DNA of 64,000 nt, taken from NCBI GenBank assembly GCA_044226015.1, contig JBGAHS010000002.1:979435-1043434 (forward strand). The letters run 5' to 3'. The first letter of the stretch is position 1. Each line of letters begins with the position of its first letter. Source of the stretch: Candidatus Obscuribacteraceae bacterium (GTDB taxonomy: Bacteria > Cyanobacteriota > Vampirovibrionia > Obscuribacterales > Obscuribacteraceae). Below the pieces are notes generated by a model. It worked only from the letters and a program-made list of their open reading frames with translations, was not told the DNA's origin and made no database searches. Below, in pieces: positions 49,686-59,293 of the stretch. A program made the translations under genes and the position numbers.

Positions 49686-50021
49686 TTACTGAGCTCTTTC
49701 AAACATTCCGATATCTGCACCTGGAGGCGGGCTGAATGATTGCACAAAACCTGGAGCCACTGCTGTGGTATCGGCGTCGGATTCAAGAGCATGAATCATG
49801 TCTTTTAGTTCGAGTCCCAATCCATGGGCGATAAACCAAGCAGCACCGATTGTGAGGTTACGAATTCCACGTTCAACATCACTTACATATGTGCGGTGCA
49901 AACCGGCTCTGTCAGCAAGCTCTTCTTGGGACAATCCTAACGATTGTCTTTTTCTTCTGATGAATTTGCCCAGAGCAATCAGCTTTGGTTCAACTTCTTG
50001 TTTCAACATGAATGTCTCCAT
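49686..50021 (-). CDS. XRE-family HTH regulator
   Basis: GLSQEELADRAGLHRTYVSDVERGIRN; AAGGAG RBS. Confidence 0.92.
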   Translation of the reverse strand: METFMLKQEVEPKLIALGKFIRRKRQSLGLSQEELADRAGLHRTYVSDVERGIRNLTIGAAWFIAHGLGLELKDMIHALESDADTTAVAPGFVQSFSPPPGADIGMFERAQ

Positions 50022-50875
50022 GATTTTTCTCCTTCGATTCTTCTAGATTGATTCAGTTTGGTCTAGCCAAAGCAAAAATTCCTGCGAGCGACCAAGCAGT
50101 TCTTCGCTGCCGCTCATCACTTCAAGTTGGGGATGCATTTCCACAAATCTGTTGTGGTGATGCAATTTTTCGACAAAATTACCTTGTATTTCAAATACTA
50201 CCAGCAAAAAATCATAATGGTGCTTCCAAAAGACGAAGCTTGGGGATAACCCGTAAGAAATACAAGGCTATCTATATGGTTTCACTAAAGATTGCTCAAC
50301 AATTCAACACGTCAAGAGAGGACACAAATTATAGTCATCATCCGCATAACGCTTGCTGAACAAGCACTTACGGCGACGCGTCCAACCCCTTGGCAATAAC
50401 ATTTCTGTTAGGGTTTACTTTTTTGTTCGAATAGCCAACTTGTGCGAATTCCTTTATATGGAATACGCCAGTATGTAATGCGATATTGAAGAACAAGTTG
50501 AATACTTTCGCAAAATCTGCGAATTTCACGCCCAATTATAAGAGCGATTAATGCTCCAGTCGATCCGCGCCTAGCGCAGAGCAAAATCACGGACGCAGTA
50601 GGACAAAAAATTAAATTTGCTTGCGTCTCTTTTAAGAAGACGAATAAAGCACAATGCCACTGACACCAGCATTGGTATCACCGACTCAGTAGCCTTTGTG
50701 CTGCAGCATGCATTAGTGAGCATTCGAGAGACCAGGGAAATCCCTTAGGAAAGCTCCTCGATCCCCTAATTTTTCCTCGCATAAAACAAATATTGGTTAT
50801 TCTCGAATGAGGGAGATACATTGCAAAACCGCCAGGAGAGCGTGGACCCTAACATAATTGTTGGATTTCCCGAGG

Positions 50876-50900
50876 GGAACCACAAAAATGAATTGCCGTC
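50876..50900 (+). promoter_or_regulatory. ECF-sigma-type promoter GGAAC-N16-CGTC
   Basis: GGAACcacaaaaatgaattgcCGTC upstream of 50966. Confidence 0.75.
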
Positions 50901-50965
50901 CAATTCCGTGATCTGAAATGGAACAGAAATGTTTCCAATGATGGAAAAACTTGGAGGAATGAACA

Positions 50966-51286
50966 ATGGGCAACTGCTGCAACAACAGCGATAAGAGTTC
51001 TTACGAAGGCGATATGGAAGCGCGTCTTGCAGAACTTGGTAAAAACATAGATAGCTTCGTCGAGAAAGCTGCGGAGAAAGCCGACAACTCCAAATGTCAG
51101 GCACTTGATGCACTCAAACAGAAGCGTGACGAAGCAACATCTAAATTGAAAGAACTCAAAGAATCTGGAAAAGATGCTTTCTCAGAACTAAAAAAAGGTA
51201 CGGATAGAGCCTGGGAAGACCTGCTCTCTGCCTGGGATGAAATGAAAGTCGCTGGCGATCAAGCGATATCGAAGTTTCAACACTAA
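50966..51286 (+). CDS. Small coiled-coil stress-type protein
   Basis: MEARLAEL...LKQKRDEATSKLKELKESGKDAFSELKKGTDRAWEDL amphipathic helices; GGAGG RBS. Confidence 0.8.
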   Translation: MGNCCNNSDKSSYEGDMEARLAELGKNIDSFVEKAAEKADNSKCQALDALKQKRDEATSKLKELKESGKDAFSELKKGTDRAWEDLLSAWDEMKVAGDQAISKFQH

Positions 51287-51296
51287 ATAAAAAACT

Positions 51297-51326
51297 GTGC
51301 TATCCGACGACTTAATCGGATAGCAC
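51297..51326. terminator. Intergenic hairpin (terminator or mRNA-stabilising stem)
   Basis: gtgctatccga-cgacttaa-tcggatagcac. Confidence 0.55.
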
Positions 51327-51361
51327 TCAAATTTTCTTTTCGGTTATTGGAGTATTTCAAA

Positions 51362-52828
51362 ATGGATCTCATATCATACAGAGGACCTGGTGTTGCAGGT
51401 GGTGTCTCGTCGGGTCTCGGCGCTGTGTGGATTGGACAACAAGAAACACAATCTCGTTGGTACTACATCAACAAAGAAGTATTTGAGATGCGCCAATCAG
51501 ACGAGCAGCGCAGCAAATTTATAGCCATGCTACCGGAGGCTATGATTGATGGTCATTACCGTTATTGCAACGAATTAATCTGGCCTATCATGCATGACCT
51601 GCCGGAGCATGCGTCGTACAACGCTGACCAACACTATCAATACAACGCATTTAACAAATTGATCGCAGAGCAAATTGATGTTGAATCGCCAGGCTCGAAT
51701 AAACATTTTGTTCAAGACTATCAATTAGCTTTAACACCTCAGTGGCTCAACCTGCATGGTCACCACTCCGTTGTTTTCTGGCATATTCCCTGGCCCAAAA
51801 ACGTGCCAGATGAATTTGTAGAACCTATTAAAGAGATTGCCCTCGGACTGCTGGGCGCCGACGCCGTAGGCTTCCATACAGATGAATATGCAAAAAACTT
51901 TCAACAATTTGTGAGCAAGCACATTCGCAACCACCGCGTTGTACCGCAAGCGATGGCGATCATAAATGAGTCACAAGCGTGGCCACCATTTATGAACAAA
52001 TCAACGCGAATGGGTCACAAAGCCTTCGTTATGCAAGAGCCTAACTTCGTACCCAGACACAGCAACGTCTGCCAATTAGTTGTACACCCGCTCGGCATTG
52101 ACTTCAAATACTGGCAGGACATGAGCGAAACACCAGTTGCTGAAGAGACACGAAGCAGTCTTGCATCACTTACAAACTGCGATTTTATTCTCTCGGTTGA
52201 CCGCGTCGACTACACAAAAGCTGTATTTGACAGAATTCTTATAGTAGATAGATTCTTCAGAGACAACCCAGACCTCGTGGGCAAGGTCACATTCGCGCAG
52301 GTGTCGGGACGCTCGCGAGCAGGACTGCCAGCCTTTGATAAATACTGGACTGATTGCAAAGCCTTGTATGCAGCGTTGAATAACACCTGGAAAACCGAAG
52401 ATTGGCAACCTCTGGTGTGGATTGACCAAGCACTAAAACCATCAGACCTCGCTTATCTCTATCGCCACGCAAAAGCACTCATGGTAAACGCAGTAAGAGA
52501 TGGACTCAACTTAACCGCTAAAGAGTACGTCGCTTGCCAGGAAAACAATCCAGGCGTTCTACTACTTTCACCAGGTGCTGGCGCCTGGGACGAGTTAGGC
52601 GAATACGCTCTTCCCACTCACCCAAAGAAACCGGAAGAAGCAGTTCAGTCTATTCTGCAAGCGCTCTCAATGCCGCTATGGGAACGCCACCAAAAAAGCC
52701 TAAAAATGAAAACGTCGATTGCTGGAAATCAACTCACCCACTGGTGGGATCTATTTAGTCAGATCGCACACGCTCCGATGCCTGCAGCATTGGAAGAGGT
52801 GCATACGAAACATGCTCAGCTGGGTTAA
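51362..52828 (+). CDS. otsA: GT20 trehalose-6-phosphate synthase-like protein
   Basis: AGG, IWPIMH, VQDYQL, FWHIPWP, SVDRVDYTK, RDGLNLTAKEYVA. Confidence 0.85.
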   Translation: MDLISYRGPGVAGGVSSGLGAVWIGQQETQSRWYYINKEVFEMRQSDEQRSKFIAMLPEAMIDGHYRYCNELIWPIMHDLPEHASYNADQHYQYNAFNKLIAEQIDVESPGSNKHFVQDYQLALTPQWLNLHGHHSVVFWHIPWPKNVPDEFVEPIKEIALGLLGADAVGFHTDEYAKNFQQFVSKHIRNHRVVPQAMAIINESQAWPPFMNKSTRMGHKAFVMQEPNFVPRHSNVCQLVVHPLGIDFKYWQDMSETPVAEETRSSLASLTNCDFILSVDRVDYTKAVFDRILIVDRFFRDNPDLVGKVTFAQVSGRSRAGLPAFDKYWTDCKALYAALNNTWKTEDWQPLVWIDQALKPSDLAYLYRHAKALMVNAVRDGLNLTAKEYVACQENNPGVLLLSPGAGAWDELGEYALPTHPKKPEEAVQSILQALSMPLWERHQKSLKMKTSIAGNQLTHWWDLFSQIAHAPMPAALEEVHTKHAQLG

Positions 52829-52865
52829 CCAGTTGACGCAAATAAAGGGAGAATAAAAAACAAAT

Positions 52866-54740
52866 ATGAGAACCAAGAATAAAGGTGCGTGGCTCGTACT
52901 CGCAGCAACCCTTTTGCTATCAGTCAGTTCAGCTGCTATTGCGGCTCCGGCTGGCATGCAAGTAACACCATTTCGTGATGGAAAGTTATTCAAGGGTAAT
53001 GTTAGCTACCATGTATCTAGAGCAGAGAATGCACTCATAAACGGCAGCTATCAAAAGGCTGAGACTTCTTTCCGTTCAGCGATAGCAAAGAACCCGAGGG
53101 ATTATCGGGCCAGGGCCGGGCTGGGATTAGCACTTGCAATGCAATTCAAATTGGATGGCGCTGAGGACCAGGTTGATAGGGCTCTAAAACTTTCACCAAA
53201 AGACGCTCTTGCTCACACAGCAAAAGCTATGGTGCTCATGAATCGGTTGCAATCCTCTTCTGGAACTGTTATGAGAAATCGCCAGTCGATTTTATCGCAA
53301 GCAGAGCAACACGCTCGTGAGGCAATCAATTCAGATCCTAATATGCCTGAAGCACGGTTCATGATGGGGTCTATATACAAAGAAGAGGGTCGCTTAGCAG
53401 ATGCTAGCCGAGAATTCGAAAAAGCTTGCGATTTGGACCCGCACTATTCGTCAGCACAATCGGCTCTGGGTCTGAGTTATCTTGCACAGGGCAAGTTGGA
53501 CGATGCTAGCAACAGCTTCAAGCACGCAATAGCGATCAAATCGAAAAACAGTACCGCCCATTACGGGCTGGGGAAAGTTTACCTGCAGAGAGGCCAAGCC
53601 GACGCAGCTCTCAAAGAATTAAATACTGCGTTGTACCTCAATCGCAACAGCGCACCAGTACAGATTGCGCTGGGTGACACCTACACCGCACAAGGAAATA
53701 CTGTGGGTGCGTTGAAATCTTATCAGGAAGCCATTCGCATAAAGCCAGAGAGCCCCGATGCCTATATGCGCATTGCCGATATAAGAGAATCTCGCGTCGA
53801 CCTTGAGCACGCTATCGCCGAACTTCACTCTGGACTTGCGATGAATCCAGATAGCATCGAATTACACAATCGAGTCGGTGATATGTCACTCAAGCTTGAA
53901 AAACTCGATGATGCAATCAAAGAGTACCGTGCCACTCTGGCAGTCGACCCAGGCAACATTCAAGCTGTGGATGGTCTAACAACTGGTCTTTATTTGAAGA
54001 CTCAAAAAGAAGGTCAAGGTGCATTCTTTGTCAGCGATGATTATGAAAGCGCTCAACAAAATATAAAAGAAGCGATCACATTGGCACCCAATAATATGAT
54101 GCTAAGACTAGCTGATGCAAAACTCAGAGCACTTTCTGGACAAGAGATAGATCTCAAAGCGATCGGTGAACCCAGAAATGACGGAGAGCGTGTAGCATAT
54201 GCAGAAGCACTGATGAGCCAAAATCGCTTCGATGAGGCAAGTCAGCAGTTCGGAGCGCTGATAGTCAATGCACAAAATGCTAAACAGACCTTTGCCGTGG
54301 CAGATCTAGCGTTAATGCTAAAAGACCTCAACAGTGCACAGCTAGCCTATGCAAAAGCGAAGACTTTTCCTGGCTATGAAGAACGCGCAAAGCGAGGAAT
54401 GGCAAAAATTGCAAAGGTAAAAGAAGAGTCAAGACAGCATCTAACAATGGCAAAAGACTTTTATAAAAAAGGTCAATACAATAGCAGTGTCGATCAATAC
54501 AGAGCGGCAATTTACAATAACCCCAAGGATGCAGCAGCAAGACTGGAGCTTGCAGAAGCAATACAGAAAACACATCCTAATGCTGATTTGATGCGTGACG
54601 TAGCCAATCAATATCGCGCATACCTGGCGCTAAGTCCTACACTGGAACAGAAGGAACAGGAGAAATTTAAAAAGAAGATTGCCAGTGCAGAATCGAAAGC
54701 GTCAAAGATTGAACATCGTGCAATAGCACGGCAGCGCTAA
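52866..54740 (+). CDS. Exported multi-TPR protein
   Basis: Signal peptide and many canonical TPRs (AHYGLGKVYLQRG, VQIALGDTY). Confidence 0.88.
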   Translation: MRTKNKGAWLVLAATLLLSVSSAAIAAPAGMQVTPFRDGKLFKGNVSYHVSRAENALINGSYQKAETSFRSAIAKNPRDYRARAGLGLALAMQFKLDGAEDQVDRALKLSPKDALAHTAKAMVLMNRLQSSSGTVMRNRQSILSQAEQHAREAINSDPNMPEARFMMGSIYKEEGRLADASREFEKACDLDPHYSSAQSALGLSYLAQGKLDDASNSFKHAIAIKSKNSTAHYGLGKVYLQRGQADAALKELNTALYLNRNSAPVQIALGDTYTAQGNTVGALKSYQEAIRIKPESPDAYMRIADIRESRVDLEHAIAELHSGLAMNPDSIELHNRVGDMSLKLEKLDDAIKEYRATLAVDPGNIQAVDGLTTGLYLKTQKEGQGAFFVSDDYESAQQNIKEAITLAPNNMMLRLADAKLRALSGQEIDLKAIGEPRNDGERVAYAEALMSQNRFDEASQQFGALIVNAQNAKQTFAVADLALMLKDLNSAQLAYAKAKTFPGYEERAKRGMAKIAKVKEESRQHLTMAKDFYKKGQYNSSVDQYRAAIYNNPKDAAARLELAEAIQKTHPNADLMRDVANQYRAYLALSPTLEQKEQEKFKKKIASAESKASKIEHRAIARQR

Positions 54741-54761
54741 TAAAATAAAGCATAAGAAAGA

Positions 54762-54790
54762 AGAGCCCCCTGAGCAAAACAGGGGGCTCT
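54762..54790. terminator. Terminator hairpin between convergent genes
   Basis: agagccccctg-agcaaaa-cagggggctct. Confidence 0.8.
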
Positions 54791-54799
54791 AGCTGACCG

Positions 54800-55042
54800 C
54801 TATTTAAGGCGACTTCCGTGCCGATGCCTATGTAGCGAAAACGTTTCCGTCAAACCAAGTGTTGAACTTCTAATTGTATTTGCTAGATCACCTGCGCAGC
54901 CTGAGTGTCCGCAGTCACAGGTATCCGATACTGTGGCATGCCTGCACTCCTCACTGCAATAACTATCGCTCAAATCAATTTTGCACGAGCAGCATGCATG
55001 CTTGCATCTGCTCTCCTCATCAAAATTACCAAAAAATTCCAT
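54800..55042 (-). CDS. Bacterial metallothionein-like Cys-rich protein
   Basis: CKHACCSC...YCSEEC...CDCGHSGC, comparable to the YCSEAC and CGHTGC motifs of SmtA. Confidence 0.65.
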   Translation of the reverse strand: MEFFGNFDEESRCKHACCSCKIDLSDSYCSEECRHATVSDTCDCGHSGCAGDLANTIRSSTLGLTETFSLHRHRHGSRLK

Positions 55043-55066
55043 TTCAGATTACCTGCATCTGACTGA

Positions 55067-55101
55067 CTAGAAAGCCAATTTTTCAGAAACTGGCTTTCTA
55101 G
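55067..55101. terminator. Intergenic hairpin
   Basis: ctagaaagcca...tggctttctag. Confidence 0.6.
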
Positions 55102-55123
55102 AGTCAACTAACTAAACTTGTGT

Positions 55124-55402
55124 TTAGTAATAAGGATAGTAGCTGGTGCCCCATCCGTTATTGCCCCATCCATATGGGTTTCCGTAGAAAGCACGATTAT
55201 TGTAGGAGTAATTACCCCAATTCATATTTCGTCGCCACGAATTATTCCAATTGTTTCGATGGTGATGATTCCAGCCGTTGTTGTAATTTCCCCAGCCGCC
55301 ACGATAATGATGATGATCATGCGCCTCTGCTTTAGGAATTGCTAAACCAACAGTTAGTGCCGCCAGCGAGAATAGTAGTGCTTTCTTCATTAGACTCTTC
55401 AT
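55124..55402 (-). CDS. Small exported His/Gly/Asn/Trp/Tyr-rich protein
   Basis: Signal peptide ending AEA, low-complexity mature part; AGGAGG RBS. Confidence 0.8.
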   Translation of the reverse strand: MKSLMKKALLFSLAALTVGLAIPKAEAHDHHHYRGGWGNYNNGWNHHHRNNWNNSWRRNMNWGNYSYNNRAFYGNPYGWGNNGWGTSYYPYY

Positions 55403-55440
55403 TATTTTTCCTCCTGCTGAGAGGGTCTCATGTGCTAATC

Positions 55441-55465
55441 GACGACTCCCCCTTCCGAAGGTTCC
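55441..55465 (-). promoter_or_regulatory. ECF-sigma-type promoter GGAAC-N16-CGTC
   Basis: Minus strand GGAACcttcggaagggggagtCGTC upstream of 55402. Confidence 0.75.
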
Positions 55466-55613
55466 GAAATCGCCTTAAGAAAATCCCCATCAAGCCCTAT
55501 TGAAAGTACTTTCGAGGATCACATCGCAGACACAATGCAGACGATTTACACTGTTATTCAAAACAAAACAAGTGTCGATTGAGACTCGCAGATCATCGTG
55601 TTCGATATCACTT

Positions 55614-56864
55614 CTAATTAATATCGAAGCTGCCAGAATATCTGGTAGAGCCCTCGGGAGTCCATATGATTGCTCCGTGCCGTGCAAGCCCAGGCGTTTC
55701 GTTCGGCGCTTTCAAAGTCTTACCTGAAAGCCGTTTGTTCAAATCTTCCACAAAAGATTTCAAGCCCGAATCACCACCCGCAATATGAATGGAAATCAGG
55801 CTCGCTCGCAGCTGTTGAGCGCTATTGTCTTTATCGCTTGCACCCGCAAGCACAGCTTCCACATTCTTTATAGACTTGCTCATAAGAGCAGCCCTACGAC
55901 TCTCAAAACTCAAGCGCTCGATTTCATCTTTCATTTCAACACTATCGATAGAAGCGAGATGGCGATTGAGCGCATTAGCATAATCGACGGTTTCTGGAGT
56001 ACCGGCTCCATAGCGATTTCTAACCACATTAAGAGCGGATCTCAATTCGCTTTCTGCAGAAGCGTTCAATTCAACCGAATGTGCTCCATCGATGTTAGCT
56101 GTTTTTTCCAACAGCAAGCCTAAATCGAGGCTAGCCTTTGCAGAAATCAAACCAGCAGCATCCACATTACCCTTTGCCATAGCATGTGTCGCGTCTTTCT
56201 TTTCTGCTTCAATATGGGCTAAATCCTGCTTCAGGTCGTTACGCTGTGCATCAGTAAACGTCTCTAGCAAATCTTGATTAGAGGGCAAACGAGGAGTACT
56301 GCCCACATGTTTTGGAGAGAATGAAAGAAATAAATCTTCGACATTGTCTTTCTGAATCGATTTGAGACGTTCTCCACTAAAAGTTAAGCGCAATCCATTC
56401 GCGTTGGTTAGCACGGTTTCTTCCCAGGGTGAGTTGAAAAAACGCACTTCTTTTTGCAAACGGTCTTCACTATCGACAAAACTAGCACCATTAACGGTAT
56501 CGATGTGAATCGCGCGCCCTTTATCGGAAAGTTCAATATCTATTCCATTACCCGATCTTCTAATAGTGCCACCGACCTGCAGCTTTTCTGAATTCTGTCC
56601 AATCTCAGAATGAGCTTTAACCAGATCCGGCTTTGGCATGTTGTAGCTGGTTTCTCGTAAGGGCTCAAATGACTGCCCTGCTGAGTGATCAACTATTTCG
56701 ATTTTAACGAGTGTGGTATTTGCATCATAAGCCTGAGGAATAGAATCGGCTTCACGCGAATCATCAAGCAAAAGCCGCGTTAATACGTTTTCACCAACTG
56801 CTTTGCCGGCAGAATTATCAGGCAAGTCACTGGCAGCAGCATTTGCTGCTTCATTCCAGATCAT
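55614..56864 (-). CDS. Hypothetical protein
   Basis: 416-aa ORF with purine-rich RBS; helical C-terminal half; family not recognised. Confidence 0.65.
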   Translation of the reverse strand: MIWNEAANAAASDLPDNSAGKAVGENVLTRLLLDDSREADSIPQAYDANTTLVKIEIVDHSAGQSFEPLRETSYNMPKPDLVKAHSEIGQNSEKLQVGGTIRRSGNGIDIELSDKGRAIHIDTVNGASFVDSEDRLQKEVRFFNSPWEETVLTNANGLRLTFSGERLKSIQKDNVEDLFLSFSPKHVGSTPRLPSNQDLLETFTDAQRNDLKQDLAHIEAEKKDATHAMAKGNVDAAGLISAKASLDLGLLLEKTANIDGAHSVELNASAESELRSALNVVRNRYGAGTPETVDYANALNRHLASIDSVEMKDEIERLSFESRRAALMSKSIKNVEAVLAGASDKDNSAQQLRASLISIHIAGGDSGLKSFVEDLNKRLSGKTLKAPNETPGLARHGAIIWTPEGSTRYSGSFDIN

Positions 56865-57013
56865 AGATTCTTCCCCCTATGGGCAAATGCCCTTCCTGAT
56901 GCGATGATAATGTCGCTTTCAGTTTAGAAGAAATGAGGAGATCACGTAGAATAATGCGCCTGCTACGTTGATTTTTGCTCATATAGCACTTCAGTAATCA
57001 GTTGGAGACTCGT

Positions 57014-57232
57014 ATGTCATTATCCATTAGCGGTAGAAATAAGCTCACAGGGAAGATTGTTGCCATTGAACTGGGGGACATAATGGCCCTTATAACGGTT
57101 CAGGTAGGTGAGCATCTGGTTGACGCCGTTATAACGAGACGATCTGCCGAAGAACTTCGCCTTCAAGTCAATGACGAAGTGGCTGCTCTCATTAAGGCGA
57201 CTGAGGTCATGATCCTGAAGAACTCCGGCTGA
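57014..57232 (+). CDS. Mop/TOBE molybdate-binding protein
   Basis: ISGRNKLTGKI, AVITRRSAEELRL, ALIKATEVMI. Confidence 0.88.
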   Translation: MSLSISGRNKLTGKIVAIELGDIMALITVQVGEHLVDAVITRRSAEELRLQVNDEVAALIKATEVMILKNSG

Positions 57233-57315
57233 GCATTGATTTCGAAATTGAACCTTCTGTCAGCATAGGAACCTTCTTCTAGCGTCCGCGCCATGAATTA
57301 CAACCAAGGAGGACG

Positions 57316-57843
57316 ATGGAAATGATTGAAATGTTCGTAGCAGGTATCACCATGGACCAAGCCCATTCCTGTCCTATTCTTGTTCTAATCGACGCTCAAA
57401 AGCAGCGCGCTCTACCCTTCTGGATTTCACCAACCGATGCCAGTTCAATGCTCTCATCCTTGAGTGGAGATCAGCATAGTCGCCCAATGACGCATGAACT
57501 TACTATCGACATCTTGAATAACATTGGCTGGCAAATCGAAGATGCAGAAATCAACGAAGTGAAAGATGATGTACTGATGGCAAGTTTACGTTTAAAACCG
57601 CGTGAGGGATCGCCCATTGAAGGTCTGGATGATCTGGTTATTGATGCACGCCCATCTGACGCTGTTGCATTAGCTCTAAAAGCTCAAGCACCAATACTGG
57701 TATCACTAGAAATCGTAGCAAACGCAACTATTCCAGCAGATTTTAAGAAGGACAAGAATTCGGCAGAACAATTTGAACGCTTTGTTCAAGATTTGAAAGC
57801 ATCTGATTTCAATACAATAACCAAACGAGAAAGAGGCTCTTAG
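57316..57843 (+). CDS. Bifunctional nuclease (DUF151) family protein
   Basis: RALPFWI, RPMTHEL, IDARPSDAVALAL. Confidence 0.9.
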   Translation: MEMIEMFVAGITMDQAHSCPILVLIDAQKQRALPFWISPTDASSMLSSLSGDQHSRPMTHELTIDILNNIGWQIEDAEINEVKDDVLMASLRLKPREGSPIEGLDDLVIDARPSDAVALALKAQAPILVSLEIVANATIPADFKKDKNSAEQFERFVQDLKASDFNTITKRERGS

Positions 57844-58136
57844 GCGCTGCTCGCCATAGAGTTGAGATCTCCAACAAGAGAATACTTTTGTTTCATCGAA
57901 AGTTCGACCAATTCATGGGCAGTCATTCCCAAAATGCTGGCGCAATCTTCTAATATCTGGCTGGTTATTGGAACCTCAGCCCGCTCGATTTGAAGAACGA
58001 ACGTAAGAGTGGAATGTAGCCTACTGGCAAATTCCCTTGGAGAAAGTCCCATATCCAGGCGACACTTCCTAATAGTTTCGCCCAAGGCAGGAGAATTGGT
58101 GTTTATCTGGATATCAATTCTTCTGTTTTTCAGCAT
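57840..58136 (-). CDS. XRE-family HTH protein
   Basis: LGETIRKCRLDMGLSPREFASRL...QIER; start uncertain. Confidence 0.7.
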   Translation of the reverse strand: MLKNRRIDIQINTNSPALGETIRKCRLDMGLSPREFASRLHSTLTFVLQIERAEVPITSQILEDCASILGMTAHELVELSMKQKYSLVGDLNSMASSA

Positions 58137-58498
58137 GTGGTGTCCCCAACTTTCTAGAGCAGATACTTTAATGATTTCACAAATAACTCGAGGGCGCCCA
58201 CTATATCTGCTACGGGAAAGCCCTATAATCTCTGGTTTTTTGTTGGATTTCGTCGAAGACTTGCATGCGCTGATCTGCGTTAGACGAAACAACAGCGATG
58301 TTAGACGGCGAAAGCAGTCAACTCAAACCATTCGCCCAGTTTTGTCTTATTTACAGGCAAGCCATATCATATATCGAGCAAACCCCAGCTTTTAGTCTTA
58401 AACAGATCTATTTCCTCATTCACGCTGGTATTCTGAAATTCAGGCAAGCATAGTTTGCCAAACCTGAATTTTGACGAGTGCTGACTTGGAGACTCACA

Positions 58499-58792
58499 AT
58501 GTTCGAAGATAAGCAAATTGTTTGTAGAGACTGCAAAAATTGGTTCAATTTCTCCGCAGGAGAACAAGAGTATTTCGCTCAACGATGTCTGGCGAATAGA
58601 CCAAAGCGCTGCCAGAACTGCCGTCTCGAAATGAGACAAAAGCGCGGAAATAATCCATCAAAAACAGTCGCGGAAATTTGCTGCGCTGGTTGTGGCATCC
58701 CAACGAAAGTGCCCTTTCAACCAAAGGGACATAGCCCTGTATACTGCATCACCTGCCTGGTGACCATTAGACAGAGCGCAGCAGTCTCCTAG
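58499..58792 (+). CDS. Zinc-ribbon / CxxC-x17-CxxC domain protein
   Basis: MFEDKQIVCRDC...FSAGEQEYF...PKRCQNCR; CAGCG..VPFQP..PVYCITC. Confidence 0.88.
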   Translation: MFEDKQIVCRDCKNWFNFSAGEQEYFAQRCLANRPKRCQNCRLEMRQKRGNNPSKTVAEICCAGCGIPTKVPFQPKGHSPVYCITCLVTIRQSAAVS

Positions 58793-58819
58793 CCTGCTTG
58801 CTCACTTATAGGATAAATG

Positions 58820-58853
58820 GGAGGGAATCAAACTTGATTCGCTCCTTTTCTTT
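58820..58853 (+). terminator. Intrinsic terminator
   Basis: ggagggaatcaa-ac-ttgattcgctcc then ttttcttt. Confidence 0.65.
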
Positions 58854-58883
58854 GTTAGCGCTGTGAGCTTGAAACTGAAACAT

Positions 58884-58908
58884 GGAACTGCAGAAATTGC
58901 TTCTCGTC
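58884..58908 (+). promoter_or_regulatory. ECF-sigma-type promoter GGAAC-N16-CGTC
   Basis: GGAACtgcagaaattgcttctCGTC upstream of the cupin gene. Confidence 0.75.
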
Positions 58909-58942
58909 GCAGAACAAAATGCGAACACAGAGGAAGAATTCT

Positions 58943-59290
58943 ATGCACGATACAAGTATTACAAAGGTCAACTCTAACTTCTCTCCCACTGGCAAAATGG
59001 GGCAGAAGTATCTTGCCTCAGGCGTGAGCGTTTCTATGCGCCTCTGGAATGAAGAGCCCGCAGAAGAGCAAAAAGAGTTTAACAGTCGAGATTACGAAAC
59101 AGTAGGTTATGTTCTAAAGGGTCGCGCCGAATTGCATATAGAAGGACAGATGGTTCTTTTGGAAGCTGGGGATTCGTGGGTTGTTGCGAAAGGGGCGCTG
59201 CACAGCTACAAAATCCTGGAGAGTTTTTCAGCTGTGGAAGCAACAGCTCCACCTGCACATGCACACGCGCGTGACGAACAGGCAACCTAG
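58943..59290 (+). CDS. Cupin-domain protein
   Basis: GQKYLASG, YETVGYVLKGRAEL, GDSWVVAKGALHSY. Confidence 0.88.
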   Translation: MHDTSITKVNSNFSPTGKMGQKYLASGVSVSMRLWNEEPAEEQKEFNSRDYETVGYVLKGRAELHIEGQMVLLEAGDSWVVAKGALHSYKILESFSAVEATAPPAHAHARDEQAT

Positions 59291-59293
59291 AGT

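Noticed and set aside
49686..50021. XRE regulator as sign of a prophage or restriction-modification controller
   Set aside because: No phage, integrase, methylase or nuclease genes are adjacent; it is followed directly by a terminator.
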